From: Gemmatimonadaceae bacterium
GTDB lineage: Bacteria; Gemmatimonadota; Gemmatimonadetes; Gemmatimonadales; Gemmatimonadaceae
Length of the DNA stretch: 64,000 bases
Direction of reading: 5' to 3'
Assembly: GCA_035493635.1 (NCBI GenBank)
Contig: DATJHY010000085.1
Coordinates: 16,348-80,347, forward strand
The position numbers and the translations under genes were made by a program. The notes under the pieces are model-generated. The model worked only from the letters and a program-made list of their open reading frames with translations, was not told where the DNA came from and did no database searches. Positions 17,340 through 26,360 of this stretch are shown one piece after another (position 1 is the stretch's first letter; every line of letters starts with the position of its first letter).

Positions 17340-18722
17340 ATGCATCTTCTTGATTCGCGCGACGCGCGCCCGGTCCACTTCGTGGGCATTGCCGGCGCGG
17401 GAATGAGCGCGCTGGCCGAATTGTTTCTTCGCCGTGGCGTCGCCATTACGGGCTGTGATGCCAACCCGGCCGGTGCCGGCGACCTTGCGCGCCTGGGCGT
17501 CACCATCGACCCCCACGATCCGGCGCACGTCGACGGCGCGCGCGCGATCGTCGTGACGTCGGCCATGCCGAAGAATCACCCGGAGCTTGCCCGTGCCCGC
17601 GAGCTCGGGATCCCGGTCATTCGCCGCGCGGAAGCCCTTGGCGAGGTGACGGCTGATCGAGAGCTCGTCGGCATTGCCGGCACGCACGGCAAGACCACGA
17701 CGACGGTGATGACGGCCACGGCGCTCGCGGCGGCGGGCCGAGATCCCACGTCACTGGTGGGCGGGCGGGTTGCCGAGTGGGAAGGGAACCTCCGCGCCGG
17801 CGGGGACCGGCTGTACGTCGTCGAGGCGGACGAGTACGATCGCTCGTTTCTCGCTCTGTCGCCCACGGTCGCGGTGGTCACGAACATCGAGGCCGACCAT
17901 CTCGACATCTACGCGGACTTGGCCGACATCGAGCGTGCGTTCGCTCAATTCGTACGCGGCGCGCGCACGATCGTGCTTTGCGCGGAAGACCCCGGCGCCA
18001 ACTCGCTGTCGACGCCGAGTACGACCGAAGTGATCCGATACGCAATCGATTCGGGGGATGCCCGTCTTGTCGCTGCCCGGATCCGCTCCGACGGCGGCGG
18101 GTCCAGCTTCGACGTCGTGTACGATGACGAGGAGCTTGGCCGCGTCGACCTACAGGTGCCGGGCCGCCACAATGTCTTGAACGCCCTCGCCGCGCTGGCC
18201 GCGGGCCTTTCGCTGGGCGCGGACTTCGAGCCGCTGGCGGCGGGGCTTGCCACGTTTCGTGGCGCCGAGCGGCGCTTCGAGCGGCTCGGCGAAGCGGCTG
18301 GGGTACTCGTGATCGACGACTATGCCCATCACCCGACGGAGATCAGCGCCACGCTCGCTGCGGCGCGCGCGGCGTTCCCCCAAAGACGGTTGATTGCCGC
18401 TTTCCAGCCGCACCTCTACTCCCGGACACGCGACTTCGCGCGCGAGTTCGGCGTCTCACTGTCCAACGCCGATCGAGTCTTCCTCACGGACATCTACCCC
18501 GCCCGCGAGCAGCCCATCGATGGTGTGAGCGCGACGCTGATCGCGGACGCGCTGAAAGTCGCCGGCGGCAGCCTCGCCTGGCGAGGCCGGCGTGACGACT
18601 TGGCCGGCGCGCTTGCCGATGCGGTGCGTCCGGGGGACGTCGTCCTCACGGTCGGCGCGGGGGACATCACCAAGACAGGTCCCGAGCTCCTCGAGCGCCT
18701 TCGCGATGTGGGCCAGCCGTGA
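17340..18722 (+). CDS. murC: UDP-N-acetylmuramate--L-alanine ligase
   Basis: Has HFVGIAGAGMSALAE, GIAGTHGKTTTT and DDYAHHPTEI motifs. Confidence 0.92.
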   Translation: MHLLDSRDARPVHFVGIAGAGMSALAELFLRRGVAITGCDANPAGAGDLARLGVTIDPHDPAHVDGARAIVVTSAMPKNHPELARARELGIPVIRRAEALGEVTADRELVGIAGTHGKTTTTVMTATALAAAGRDPTSLVGGRVAEWEGNLRAGGDRLYVVEADEYDRSFLALSPTVAVVTNIEADHLDIYADLADIERAFAQFVRGARTIVLCAEDPGANSLSTPSTTEVIRYAIDSGDARLVAARIRSDGGGSSFDVVYDDEELGRVDLQVPGRHNVLNALAALAAGLSLGADFEPLAAGLATFRGAERRFERLGEAAGVLVIDDYAHHPTEISATLAAARAAFPQRRLIAAFQPHLYSRTRDFAREFGVSLSNADRVFLTDIYPAREQPIDGVSATLIADALKVAGGSLAWRGRRDDLAGALADAVRPGDVVLTVGAGDITKTGPELLERLRDVGQP

Positions 18723-19456
18723 CCGACGCCAAGGAGGACGCCTCGGCATCGCCATCCGAATCGCCGAAACGGGGAATCGGAAGGAGCGCCAGACTCTCGC
18801 TTCTCGGTATCGGCGCGCTGCTCGTCGTCCTCTCACCACTATGGGCGCCGCTGCTGATGCGCCGGCTGGCCTTCTTTCGCGTGCGGCGCATCGAGATCCT
18901 CGGTGCTCACTTGATCGCGCCGAGTGACATCCTGGCCCGGCTGCACGTCGATACGACGGCCTCCGTCTGGGCCCCCACCGGTCCGCTCGCCGCGCGTATC
19001 GCCGCCAATCCGGCAATCCAACATGTCGACGTCCATCGCAAGTTGCCCGGCACGCTCGTGGTCGCGGTAAGCGAGCGCACGCCCGTCGCGCTCGTCCCGG
19101 CGAGCGGCGGCTTCCGAGTCTACGACGACCGGGGCGTCGTACTTCCGATCGACCCCTCGCGCGTTCCGGTCGATCTGCCAGTGGCCGCGGAGCGCGACGT
19201 GCCGCTATTTCGATTGCTTGCCCAGATGCGCACGGGGCTGCCATTGCTGTATGCTAAAGTGAGCGCCGCTCGCCGCGTCAACGGAAACGAGTTCCAACTC
19301 GAGCTCAAGACCGGCGTGGTGCGAGCCATGGAGACCGTGACGCTCGATCGGCTCGCCGACGTCGAACCCGTCGCGGCGGATCTCAACCGCAAGCAACTTG
19401 TCGTGGCGGAGATCGACCTTCGCTACCGTGACCAGGTGATCGCCAGACTCCAATGA
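18719..19456 (+). CDS. ftsQ: Cell division protein FtsQ (POTRA domain)
   Basis: Joined to murC by a GTGA overlap. It has a TM helix LLGIGALLVVLSPLWAPLL followed by a POTRA-like VRRIEILGAHLIAPSDILARL. It is in the position before ftsA. Confidence 0.75.
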   Translation: MTDAKEDASASPSESPKRGIGRSARLSLLGIGALLVVLSPLWAPLLMRRLAFFRVRRIEILGAHLIAPSDILARLHVDTTASVWAPTGPLAARIAANPAIQHVDVHRKLPGTLVVAVSERTPVALVPASGGFRVYDDRGVVLPIDPSRVPVDLPVAAERDVPLFRLLAQMRTGLPLLYAKVSAARRVNGNEFQLELKTGVVRAMETVTLDRLADVEPVAADLNRKQLVVAEIDLRYRDQVIARLQ

Positions 19457-20706
19457 ACACGGAACGCCTCGTCGCTGGACTCGACATCGGGTCCGCGAAG
19501 ACGACCGCCACCATCGCCGAAGTCGAAGGCGATCTGCCGCGGCATCCCACGATCAAGATCCTCGGCGTGGGACAGGCCCGCACGACCGGCTTGCACCTCG
19601 GCGTCGTCGCCGACATCGAGGAGACGACGCGCTCGATCAAGAAGGCGATCCAGGATGCCGAGCGGATGGCGGGCGCCGAGGTCGAGGATGTCTACTGCGG
19701 CATTGCCGGCGAACATGCGCAGGCGATGACGAGCAAGGGCATCGTCGCCGTGAGCCACGATGAGATCGACAAGTCCGATGTGGATCGCGTGAACGAGGTC
19801 GCTCGCGCGCAGGCGATTCCGCCCGATCGCGAGCTGCTGCACGCCATTCCGCAGGAATACACGGTCGATCGGAACACGGGCATTCGCGACCCTATCGGCA
19901 TGAGCGGCACGCGGCTCGAGACCGAGATGTACCTCGTCACCGTCGGCAGTTCACCACCGGTGCACATCCGGCGCTCGATCGAACGTGCCGGGTACAAGCT
20001 CCGCGAGCTCGTTTTGGGCCCATTGGCCAGCGCCCTGGCGGTGCTGACCGAGGACGAGAAGGAGCTCGGCGTGGCGCTCGTCGAGATGGGCGCGAGCACG
20101 ACCAACGTCGCGGTGTTTCACGAGGGCAAGATTCGGCATTTGGGCACCGTCCCGTTTGGCGGCAAGAACGTCACGCGCGACATCGTGCACGGGCTCGGCG
20201 TCACCCAGGCGGACGCCGAGCGGCTCAAGGAGCGCTACGGCTCGGCGTACGAACCGCTCGTCGATCCCGGTGAGGTGATCCAACTCCCGAGCACGCAGGC
20301 GCAAGGCGAGCGCCACATTCCACGTGAGCTGCTGGCCCATATCATCCATCAGCGGATGGACGAAGTATTCGATCTCGTCCAGCAGGACGTTTCCGCGGCC
20401 GGGTATGTCGGCAAGCTGAGTGCCGGCGTCGTGCTGACGGGCGGCGCCGCGGCGATGCACGGCGCCGCGGAGCTGGCCAGCGACGTGTTCGGCACGGGCG
20501 TGCGCGTAGGTGTGCCCTCGGAAAACCTGTCCGGCCTGCTCGATTCCGTGGAATCGCCGCGTTTCGCGACGGCCGTAGGACTCGCCCTCTACGGCGCGAA
20601 CCGCGTGGCGCTGGGCACGGTCGTCGGGCTGAGGCGGATCCCGATCGGGAAAGGGATGGAAGGGATCGCTGCCAAGGTCAAGTTCTGGCTGCAGGACTTT
20701 TTCTAG
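19453..20706 (+). CDS. ftsA: Cell division protein FtsA
   Basis: Joined to ftsQ by an ATGA overlap. It has an actin-like ATPase fold with LDIGSAKTTA, VEMGASTTNVAV and VVLTGGAA motifs. Confidence 0.92.
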   Translation: MNTERLVAGLDIGSAKTTATIAEVEGDLPRHPTIKILGVGQARTTGLHLGVVADIEETTRSIKKAIQDAERMAGAEVEDVYCGIAGEHAQAMTSKGIVAVSHDEIDKSDVDRVNEVARAQAIPPDRELLHAIPQEYTVDRNTGIRDPIGMSGTRLETEMYLVTVGSSPPVHIRRSIERAGYKLRELVLGPLASALAVLTEDEKELGVALVEMGASTTNVAVFHEGKIRHLGTVPFGGKNVTRDIVHGLGVTQADAERLKERYGSAYEPLVDPGEVIQLPSTQAQGERHIPRELLAHIIHQRMDEVFDLVQQDVSAAGYVGKLSAGVVLTGGAAAMHGAAELASDVFGTGVRVGVPSENLSGLLDSVESPRFATAVGLALYGANRVALGTVVGLRRIPIGKGMEGIAAKVKFWLQDFF

Positions 20707-21085
20707 TTTGTTAATACGCGATCGATAAATCGCGGCGGCGGTCCGGGCTCGGCGATTCGCGTTGCACCCGGCGAGCGAACGCAAAGAATCCGAACGGCAA
20801 GGCCTTTGCCTGATGATGGTGATTCTCGGCCGCTCGATCAGCAGTTCTTGCCCACCGCATCAAATTTCTTTTTCGAAGCGCCGTGCTGTGGATAAGTATT
20901 GTGATGCTGCGTCGTGATCATTTCGCCGACGCATCGTCAAAAAAGGGGTAGTCGGAACGCCAGAAAGCGTTATATTGCCCGTGCGTTTGGAACCGTGCAT
21001 GGTGCGTTAGCCGATCTCCCCCGCGGTTCGTTGGTTCCCTCCTCGCTGGCCCGATCACACCACTCCGAAGTACGGACCGTTCTCA

Positions 21086-22273
21086 ATGATCTTCGAGTTC
21101 GAAGAGAGCGCGACCCAAAACGCCCGAATGAAGGTAGTGGGCGTGGGCGGTGGCGGCGGCAACGCCGTCAACCGAATGATCGATGAGCATCTTGAGGGAG
21201 TCGAGTTCATCTCCGTCAATACGGATGCTCAAGCCCTGCTGTCGTCCAAATCGGACATCAAGGTCCAAATCGGCAAAAAGCTGACGCGGGGACTTGGCGC
21301 CGGCGCGCGGCCGGAGATCGGCCGCCAGGCGATCGAGGAGAACCGTGACGAGGTGGGACGGACGCTCTCCAGCGCTGATCTGGTGTTCATCACCTGCGGC
21401 ATGGGCGGCGGCACCGGCACCGGAGCCGCGCCAATCATCGCCGAGTTGGCTAAGGAGGCGGGCGCGCTCACGGTGGGGATCGTGACCAAGCCCTTCCTGT
21501 TCGAGGGCCGAAAGCGCATGCGCCAGGCGGAGCAGGGAATCGCCGACATGCGCAAGAACGTGGATACGATGATCGTCGTACCCAACGAGCGGCTGCTCGC
21601 CGTGGTCGGCAAGGGAATCCCGTTCCAGGACGCGTTGAAAAAGGCGGACGAGGTCCTGCTGCATGCCACGCAGGGCATCTCCTCGCTCATCAGCGTGACG
21701 GGGCTCGTCAACGTCGATTTCGCCGACGTTCGCACGGTGATGCAGGCTGGTGGGTCGGCTCTCATGGGCACCGGGATCGGCCGTGGCGAGAACCGCGCAA
21801 TGGAAGCCGCCCAGCAGGCGATCAGCTCTCCGCTGCTCGACAACGTGAGTATCTCCGGCGCCATGGGCGTTCTGGTGAACATCACCGGCGGCGCCGATCT
21901 GACGCTGGGTGAAGTCCATCAGATCAACGAGATCATCCACGACGCGGTGGGCGACGACGCCGAGATCATCTTTGGCGCCGTCCACGAGCCAGCCATGCAG
22001 GGCGAAATCCGCGTTACGGTGATCGCCACTGGATTCGATCGCGCGCTGCAGGTGGGCAACACGCACGTGCACGAAACCGCGCCGTCAACGGTGGCGCTGC
22101 CCAAGAGCTCTCCGGTCATCCCGTTCCCCGGGAATCGTCCGGCCCGCGTCACCGCCACCGGCGTCAATCGTCCAGCGGAAGCGCCGCGTCCCGCCCGTCC
22201 GGCGCCCGAGAAGGGGTCGCAGGATCTCAACGACATGGAGATCCCGACGTTTATTCGGAGACAGATGGATTGA
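21086..22273 (+). CDS. ftsZ: Cell division protein FtsZ
   Basis: Has [16 protein letters not shown] and the tubulin signature [12 protein letters not shown]. The conserved C-terminal peptide [11 protein letters not shown] is present. Confidence 0.97.
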   Translation: MIFEFEESATQNARMKVVGVGGGGGNAVNRMIDEHLEGVEFISVNTDAQALLSSKSDIKVQIGKKLTRGLGAGARPEIGRQAIEENRDEVGRTLSSADLVFITCGMGGGTGTGAAPIIAELAKEAGALTVGIVTKPFLFEGRKRMRQAEQGIADMRKNVDTMIVVPNERLLAVVGKGIPFQDALKKADEVLLHATQGISSLISVTGLVNVDFADVRTVMQAGGSALMGTGIGRGENRAMEAAQQAISSPLLDNVSISGAMGVLVNITGGADLTLGEVHQINEIIHDAVGDDAEIIFGAVHEPAMQGEIRVTVIATGFDRALQVGNTHVHETAPSTVALPKSSPVIPFPGNRPARVTATGVNRPAEAPRPARPAPEKGSQDLNDMEIPTFIRRQMD

Positions 22274-23541
22274 CGCCACGAATCGTCAGGATCGGCACGT
22301 ACACTCTCGTCGCGCTGGCGTTTGCCGGCGCGCTTCGCTTCACCCCCCGCCTTCCCGACCCGGACAGTAAACCCGGCGACATGCTGGTCACGCAGGCGGC
22401 GCAACCATCGCTCAGCCTGCAGTTCGATACGCTCCGCCGCGGCGAGTCGCTCGGCGCCCTCCTTTCACGAGGAGGGCTCGCGGATTCGGCGATCAAGCAG
22501 ATCCTGGACGCCGCGTACAAGACCGCGCTCGACGAGCGCCGCGTCCCGGCAGGGATGCCGGTCACCATCACGTCCCCGGCGCCCGACTCCGAGCCGTCCG
22601 AAGTGACGCTCCAACTGTCCACCGATCACCTGCTCAAGCTGCAGCGCACCCGTGACTCGTGGACAGGAACCGACGAGCGGCTGCCGTGGTCCACGGACAC
22701 GATCGTCGTCGGCGGGACCATCACGTCCAACTTGTACCAGGCGATGGACTCGAGCGCGAGCGGTGCGCTGCCGGTCGGGGCGCGGCAACAGCTCGCCTGG
22801 TCACTGGCCGATGTGTACGAGTACCGCGTGGACATGAGCCGCGATCTACAGGCCGGCGATCACTTCAGCGTCGCAGCCGAACGGATGGTCGCCTCGAACG
22901 GCGCGGTCCGGATCGGCAGAATCATCGCTGCAACGTTCAATCTGTCGGGAACGCCGGTCAATGCCGTGCGCTTTCACAGCGGGTCGGCACGCGGCGACTA
23001 CTTCGACCAGTTCGGCAAGTCCATGCGGGCGGCGTTCCTCCGCGCGCCGCTCGAGTTCCGACGCATCTCCAGCGTGTTCGGCATGCGCGAGCACCCGATC
23101 CTCGGAAGCTGGCGCCAGCACAAAGGTACTGACTACGCGGCGGCGGCCGGGACGCCGGTGCGCGCGATCGGCGATGGCGTCATCGTTCGCGAAGGATGGG
23201 GTAACGGCTACGGGAACGTGCTCGAGATTCGCCACCGCAACGGTTTCGTCACGCGCTACGGCCACCTGAGCCGGTTCGCATCGGGCCTGCATGCGGGCTC
23301 GCGCGTCTCGATCGGCCAGCTCGTGGCGTTCGTGGGGAGCACCGGCCTGGCGACGGGACCGCATCTACACTTCGAGGTGCTGGTGAACGGACAGCAGCGC
23401 GACCCGCGAAAAGCGCTCAAATCGACGGGCGGCGAGCCGGTGCCCAACGGCGAACGCGCCGCGTTCGCACAGCTTCGCGACCGGATTCTCGCGACGCTCG
23501 ACGCTCCACTGAACGGCGTCGTCAAGCTCGCGCTGCAGTGA
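22270..23541 (+). CDS. M23 family (LytM-type) metallopeptidase, membrane anchored
   Basis: TTG 22270 overlaps the ftsZ stop, and ATG 22381 is an alternative start. It has an N-terminal TM helix [15 protein letters not shown]. The catalytic motifs HKGTDYAA (HxxxD) and GPHLHFEV (HxH) are present. Confidence 0.8.
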   Translation: MTPRIVRIGTYTLVALAFAGALRFTPRLPDPDSKPGDMLVTQAAQPSLSLQFDTLRRGESLGALLSRGGLADSAIKQILDAAYKTALDERRVPAGMPVTITSPAPDSEPSEVTLQLSTDHLLKLQRTRDSWTGTDERLPWSTDTIVVGGTITSNLYQAMDSSASGALPVGARQQLAWSLADVYEYRVDMSRDLQAGDHFSVAAERMVASNGAVRIGRIIAATFNLSGTPVNAVRFHSGSARGDYFDQFGKSMRAAFLRAPLEFRRISSVFGMREHPILGSWRQHKGTDYAAAAGTPVRAIGDGVIVREGWGNGYGNVLEIRHRNGFVTRYGHLSRFASGLHAGSRVSIGQLVAFVGSTGLATGPHLHFEVLVNGQQRDPRKALKSTGGEPVPNGERAAFAQLRDRILATLDAPLNGVVKLALQ

Positions 23542-23611
23542 TCGCCTTCGGGTGATCAGAGCCCGCCGCGACGGCGTCGCTCGGCCATAGCGGAGCAACT
23601 AGGTTTCGGCC

Positions 23612-25408
23612 ATGTCGCTGTGGCTGCTCGCCATTGCCGCGGGGGTTCTGCTCGCGCTCGTCCAGTACGGTGTGCGCGTGCTCGGCGCTGGCGGAACGAG
23701 CCTGGCCGCCGCGCTCCTCCGTATCTGCGCCGTCACGCTCATCGTGGCGCTGCTGCTCGACGCACCCGCTGGCTGCGCGAAGCCCGTGGCCACCTGGGCG
23801 GCGCTCGATGCATCCCTGAGCATGAGTCGCGGCGACAGCGCGATCTGGCGCGCGGCGCGCGATTCGGTCGACCACGCACACGCCGAGTCGGTGTTCGTGT
23901 TCGGGGACTCAGTTCGGCCGGAGCGCTCCGCGGCCGCGCCGCACGACGAATCATCGCGACTCAGGCCGGCCGTGGAGCGCGCGCTCGGCGCTGGGCATCC
24001 GCTCGTCGTAGTCACCGACGGTGAGCTGGACGACCCGGACGCGGCGCGCGGGTTGCCCGCTGGCTCGCGCGTGATCGTCGTCAGGCGGAAGTCGCAGCGT
24101 GATCTGGCCGTATCGTCGATCGACGTGCCGCGGGCGGTAGTCAGCGGCGACAGCGTACAGGTGAATGTCACGATCGCCGCCGGCGGCGCTGGCTCACTTG
24201 GCGGTTCGCTCGATCTTGCAATTGGCGACAAGCCTTTGGCGCGCGCAGCCGTGGAGTCCCTCCCTCCTTTCGGCGAGCGGGCCATCGCCATCAAGACGCG
24301 ATTCGACGCCGCGGCCGGACCCGCATTGCTGCGCGGCGTGGTCGCGTCGCCGCAGGATGCCGAGCCGAAGAACGACACGCTTCTCGTCGCGGTCGACGTG
24401 TCGCGCGCCGCGAGCGCGGTGTTCGTGTCGACTTCGCCGGATTTCGACTCGCGCTATGCGCTCGCCGTGCTGCGTGGTTCGCTCGGGATTCCAACCCGCG
24501 GCTTCCTGCACATAGCGCCCGGCGAATGGCGCGTCGAGGGGGCACTCACGTCCGTTCCCGAGGCCGATGTGCGCCAGGCGATTCGCGAGGCACCGGTGGT
24601 AATCCTGCACGGCGACACTGCAGCGTTCGGACCGCCGCGGTCGATCGCGCCTGGACCGCTGGCGCTCATCGTCACCTCCGGCACCGAGGGCGAATGGTAT
24701 CCATCGTCGGCACCGACGTCCCCACTCGCTCCGGCGTTATCGGGGCTGGTTTGGGACAGCCTTCCACCCGTCGGCGTCGTCAGCAGGCCTCCGACCGGTA
24801 GCTGGATCGGCGTGGAGGCACGACGGGGACGCGGCGAGGAACGTAAACCGATCGTGGTGGGCACGGACGAACCGCGTCGCGTGGCCATCGTCGCCGCGTC
24901 AGGCATGTGGCGCTGGCAGTTCCGCGGTGGAGTTGCGTCGGACGCGTTCACCGCATTTTGGGGTAGCATCTTCGACTGGCTCGCCGCCGAGCGGGCGGAC
25001 CGTCGCGCGGCGGTCGTGGACGACCGTGTGGTGCGTGCGGGCGACCCGGTGCGCTGGCGGCGCGGATCGGCGCAAGACTCGGTCGTCACCGTCGAGTTGC
25101 GGCAGCGGGGTGCGGCGCGCGTCGATTCGCTGACGCTCCGTTTCCCGGCCAGCACCAATATCGTGGAGAGCAGTCCGCTCGCCGCGGGCGTCTACGAGGT
25201 GTCGAGCCGCGGCGGACTGGCCCTGCTCCCGGTGAATCAGTCACGCGAATGGCTGCCGAGGGCACCGCGGGTCGCGGCGGCGGGCTCGGGTGGCGCCCTG
25301 AGCGCGGACGCCACGCCGCGACTGCGGCTGTTCGGCTGGGCGTACGCGTTGGCGATATTGATGCTGTGCGCCGAGTGGCTCGTGCGCCGGACCCGAGGAA
25401 TGCGATAG
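23612..25408 (+). CDS. Hypothetical membrane protein, BatA-like N-terminal double-TM and C-terminal TM anchor
   Basis: 598 aa. The N-terminus has helices LWLLAIAAGVLLALVQYG and LLRICAVTLIVALLLD, and the C-terminus has the helix LFGWAYALAILMLCAEWLV followed by RRTRG. The large middle region has no motif I can name. Confidence 0.6.
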   Translation: MSLWLLAIAAGVLLALVQYGVRVLGAGGTSLAAALLRICAVTLIVALLLDAPAGCAKPVATWAALDASLSMSRGDSAIWRAARDSVDHAHAESVFVFGDSVRPERSAAAPHDESSRLRPAVERALGAGHPLVVVTDGELDDPDAARGLPAGSRVIVVRRKSQRDLAVSSIDVPRAVVSGDSVQVNVTIAAGGAGSLGGSLDLAIGDKPLARAAVESLPPFGERAIAIKTRFDAAAGPALLRGVVASPQDAEPKNDTLLVAVDVSRAASAVFVSTSPDFDSRYALAVLRGSLGIPTRGFLHIAPGEWRVEGALTSVPEADVRQAIREAPVVILHGDTAAFGPPRSIAPGPLALIVTSGTEGEWYPSSAPTSPLAPALSGLVWDSLPPVGVVSRPPTGSWIGVEARRGRGEERKPIVVGTDEPRRVAIVAASGMWRWQFRGGVASDAFTAFWGSIFDWLAAERADRRAAVVDDRVVRAGDPVRWRRGSAQDSVVTVELRQRGAARVDSLTLRFPASTNIVESSPLAAGVYEVSSRGGLALLPVNQSREWLPRAPRVAAAGSGGALSADATPRLRLFGWAYALAILMLCAEWLVRRTRGMR

Positions 25409-25420
25409 CAGTGGAGAAGC

Positions 25421-26353
25421 ATGCGGCTACTACGTAAATCAGGCGACGTTCCCAAGCGCTCGCTCTGGCAGCGCATCAAGGACGTCGCGGTCATGGACGT
25501 CACGGTTCTGGCGCGTGGTGGAGTGGCGCCGGGGTCGCTCGAGCAGCTCGAGGAGCTTCTTCTCGAGGCGGATTTCGGCGTGCCGGTCACACTCCGGCTG
25601 GTCGAGGAGGTCGAGCGGCGCGCCAGCCGGGGCTTGGTCCGGACACAGGATGAATTCCGGGCCGCGCTCGCCGAGGGGATCGAATCGGCGCTGCGGGCTG
25701 GGAACAGCGATGCCGCTCTGCACCTCGCTTCGGCAGCGCCGTCGGTGATTCTCGTCGTGGGAGTGAACGGTGCCGGAAAGACCACGTTCATCGGAAAGCT
25801 GAGCGAGCGCTTTCGCCGCGAGAAAAAGCGCGTCATGATCGCGGCGGGGGATACGTTCCGCGCCGGCGCCATCGATCAGCTGAAGGTGTGGGCCGATCGA
25901 ACGGCTGCCGCGTTCGTGGGCGCCAAGCCTTCGGCCGATCCAGCGGCGGTTGCCTTTGACGCCATCGATGCGGCCGTCGCGCGCGGCGTCGACGTGCTGA
26001 TCGTCGATACCGCCGGCCGTCTGCACACGAGCGAAGGGTTGATGGATGAGTTGCGAAAGGTCGGACGTGTCGTGGCCAAGCGCCTTCCCGGCGCGCCGCA
26101 CGAAACGCTGCTCGTGCTGGATGGGACCATCGGCCAGAACGCCGTGCAGCAGGCCAAGACGTTTGCGGAAGCGGTCCCGGTGTCCGGGCTGGTCGTCACG
26201 AAGCTGGACGGAACGGCACGAGGTGGCGTTGTCGTCGCCGTGCACGAGGCGATCGACGTCCCGGTGAAGTTCCTCGGCGTGGGCGAGGGCGTCGACGACC
26301 TGGAGCCGTTCGACGCGGCAGCGTTCGCGCGGGAGCTGTTGTCCAACGAGTGA
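25421..26353 (+). CDS. ftsY: Signal recognition particle receptor FtsY
   Basis: SRP-type GTPase with VGVNGAGKTTFIGKL, DTAGRL and TKLDGTARGG motifs. At 310 aa it lacks a long acidic N-domain. Confidence 0.92.
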   Translation: MRLLRKSGDVPKRSLWQRIKDVAVMDVTVLARGGVAPGSLEQLEELLLEADFGVPVTLRLVEEVERRASRGLVRTQDEFRAALAEGIESALRAGNSDAALHLASAAPSVILVVGVNGAGKTTFIGKLSERFRREKKRVMIAAGDTFRAGAIDQLKVWADRTAAAFVGAKPSADPAAVAFDAIDAAVARGVDVLIVDTAGRLHTSEGLMDELRKVGRVVAKRLPGAPHETLLVLDGTIGQNAVQQAKTFAEAVPVSGLVVTKLDGTARGGVVVAVHEAIDVPVKFLGVGEGVDDLEPFDAAAFARELLSNE

Positions 26354-26360
26354 CCGACCG

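Noticed and set aside
20914-21186. A 90-aa ORF in the ftsA-ftsZ spacer that runs into the ftsZ start.
   Set aside because: It is basic and low-complexity, overlaps the ftsZ initiation region in another frame, and has no RBS. It is more likely non-coding leader DNA.
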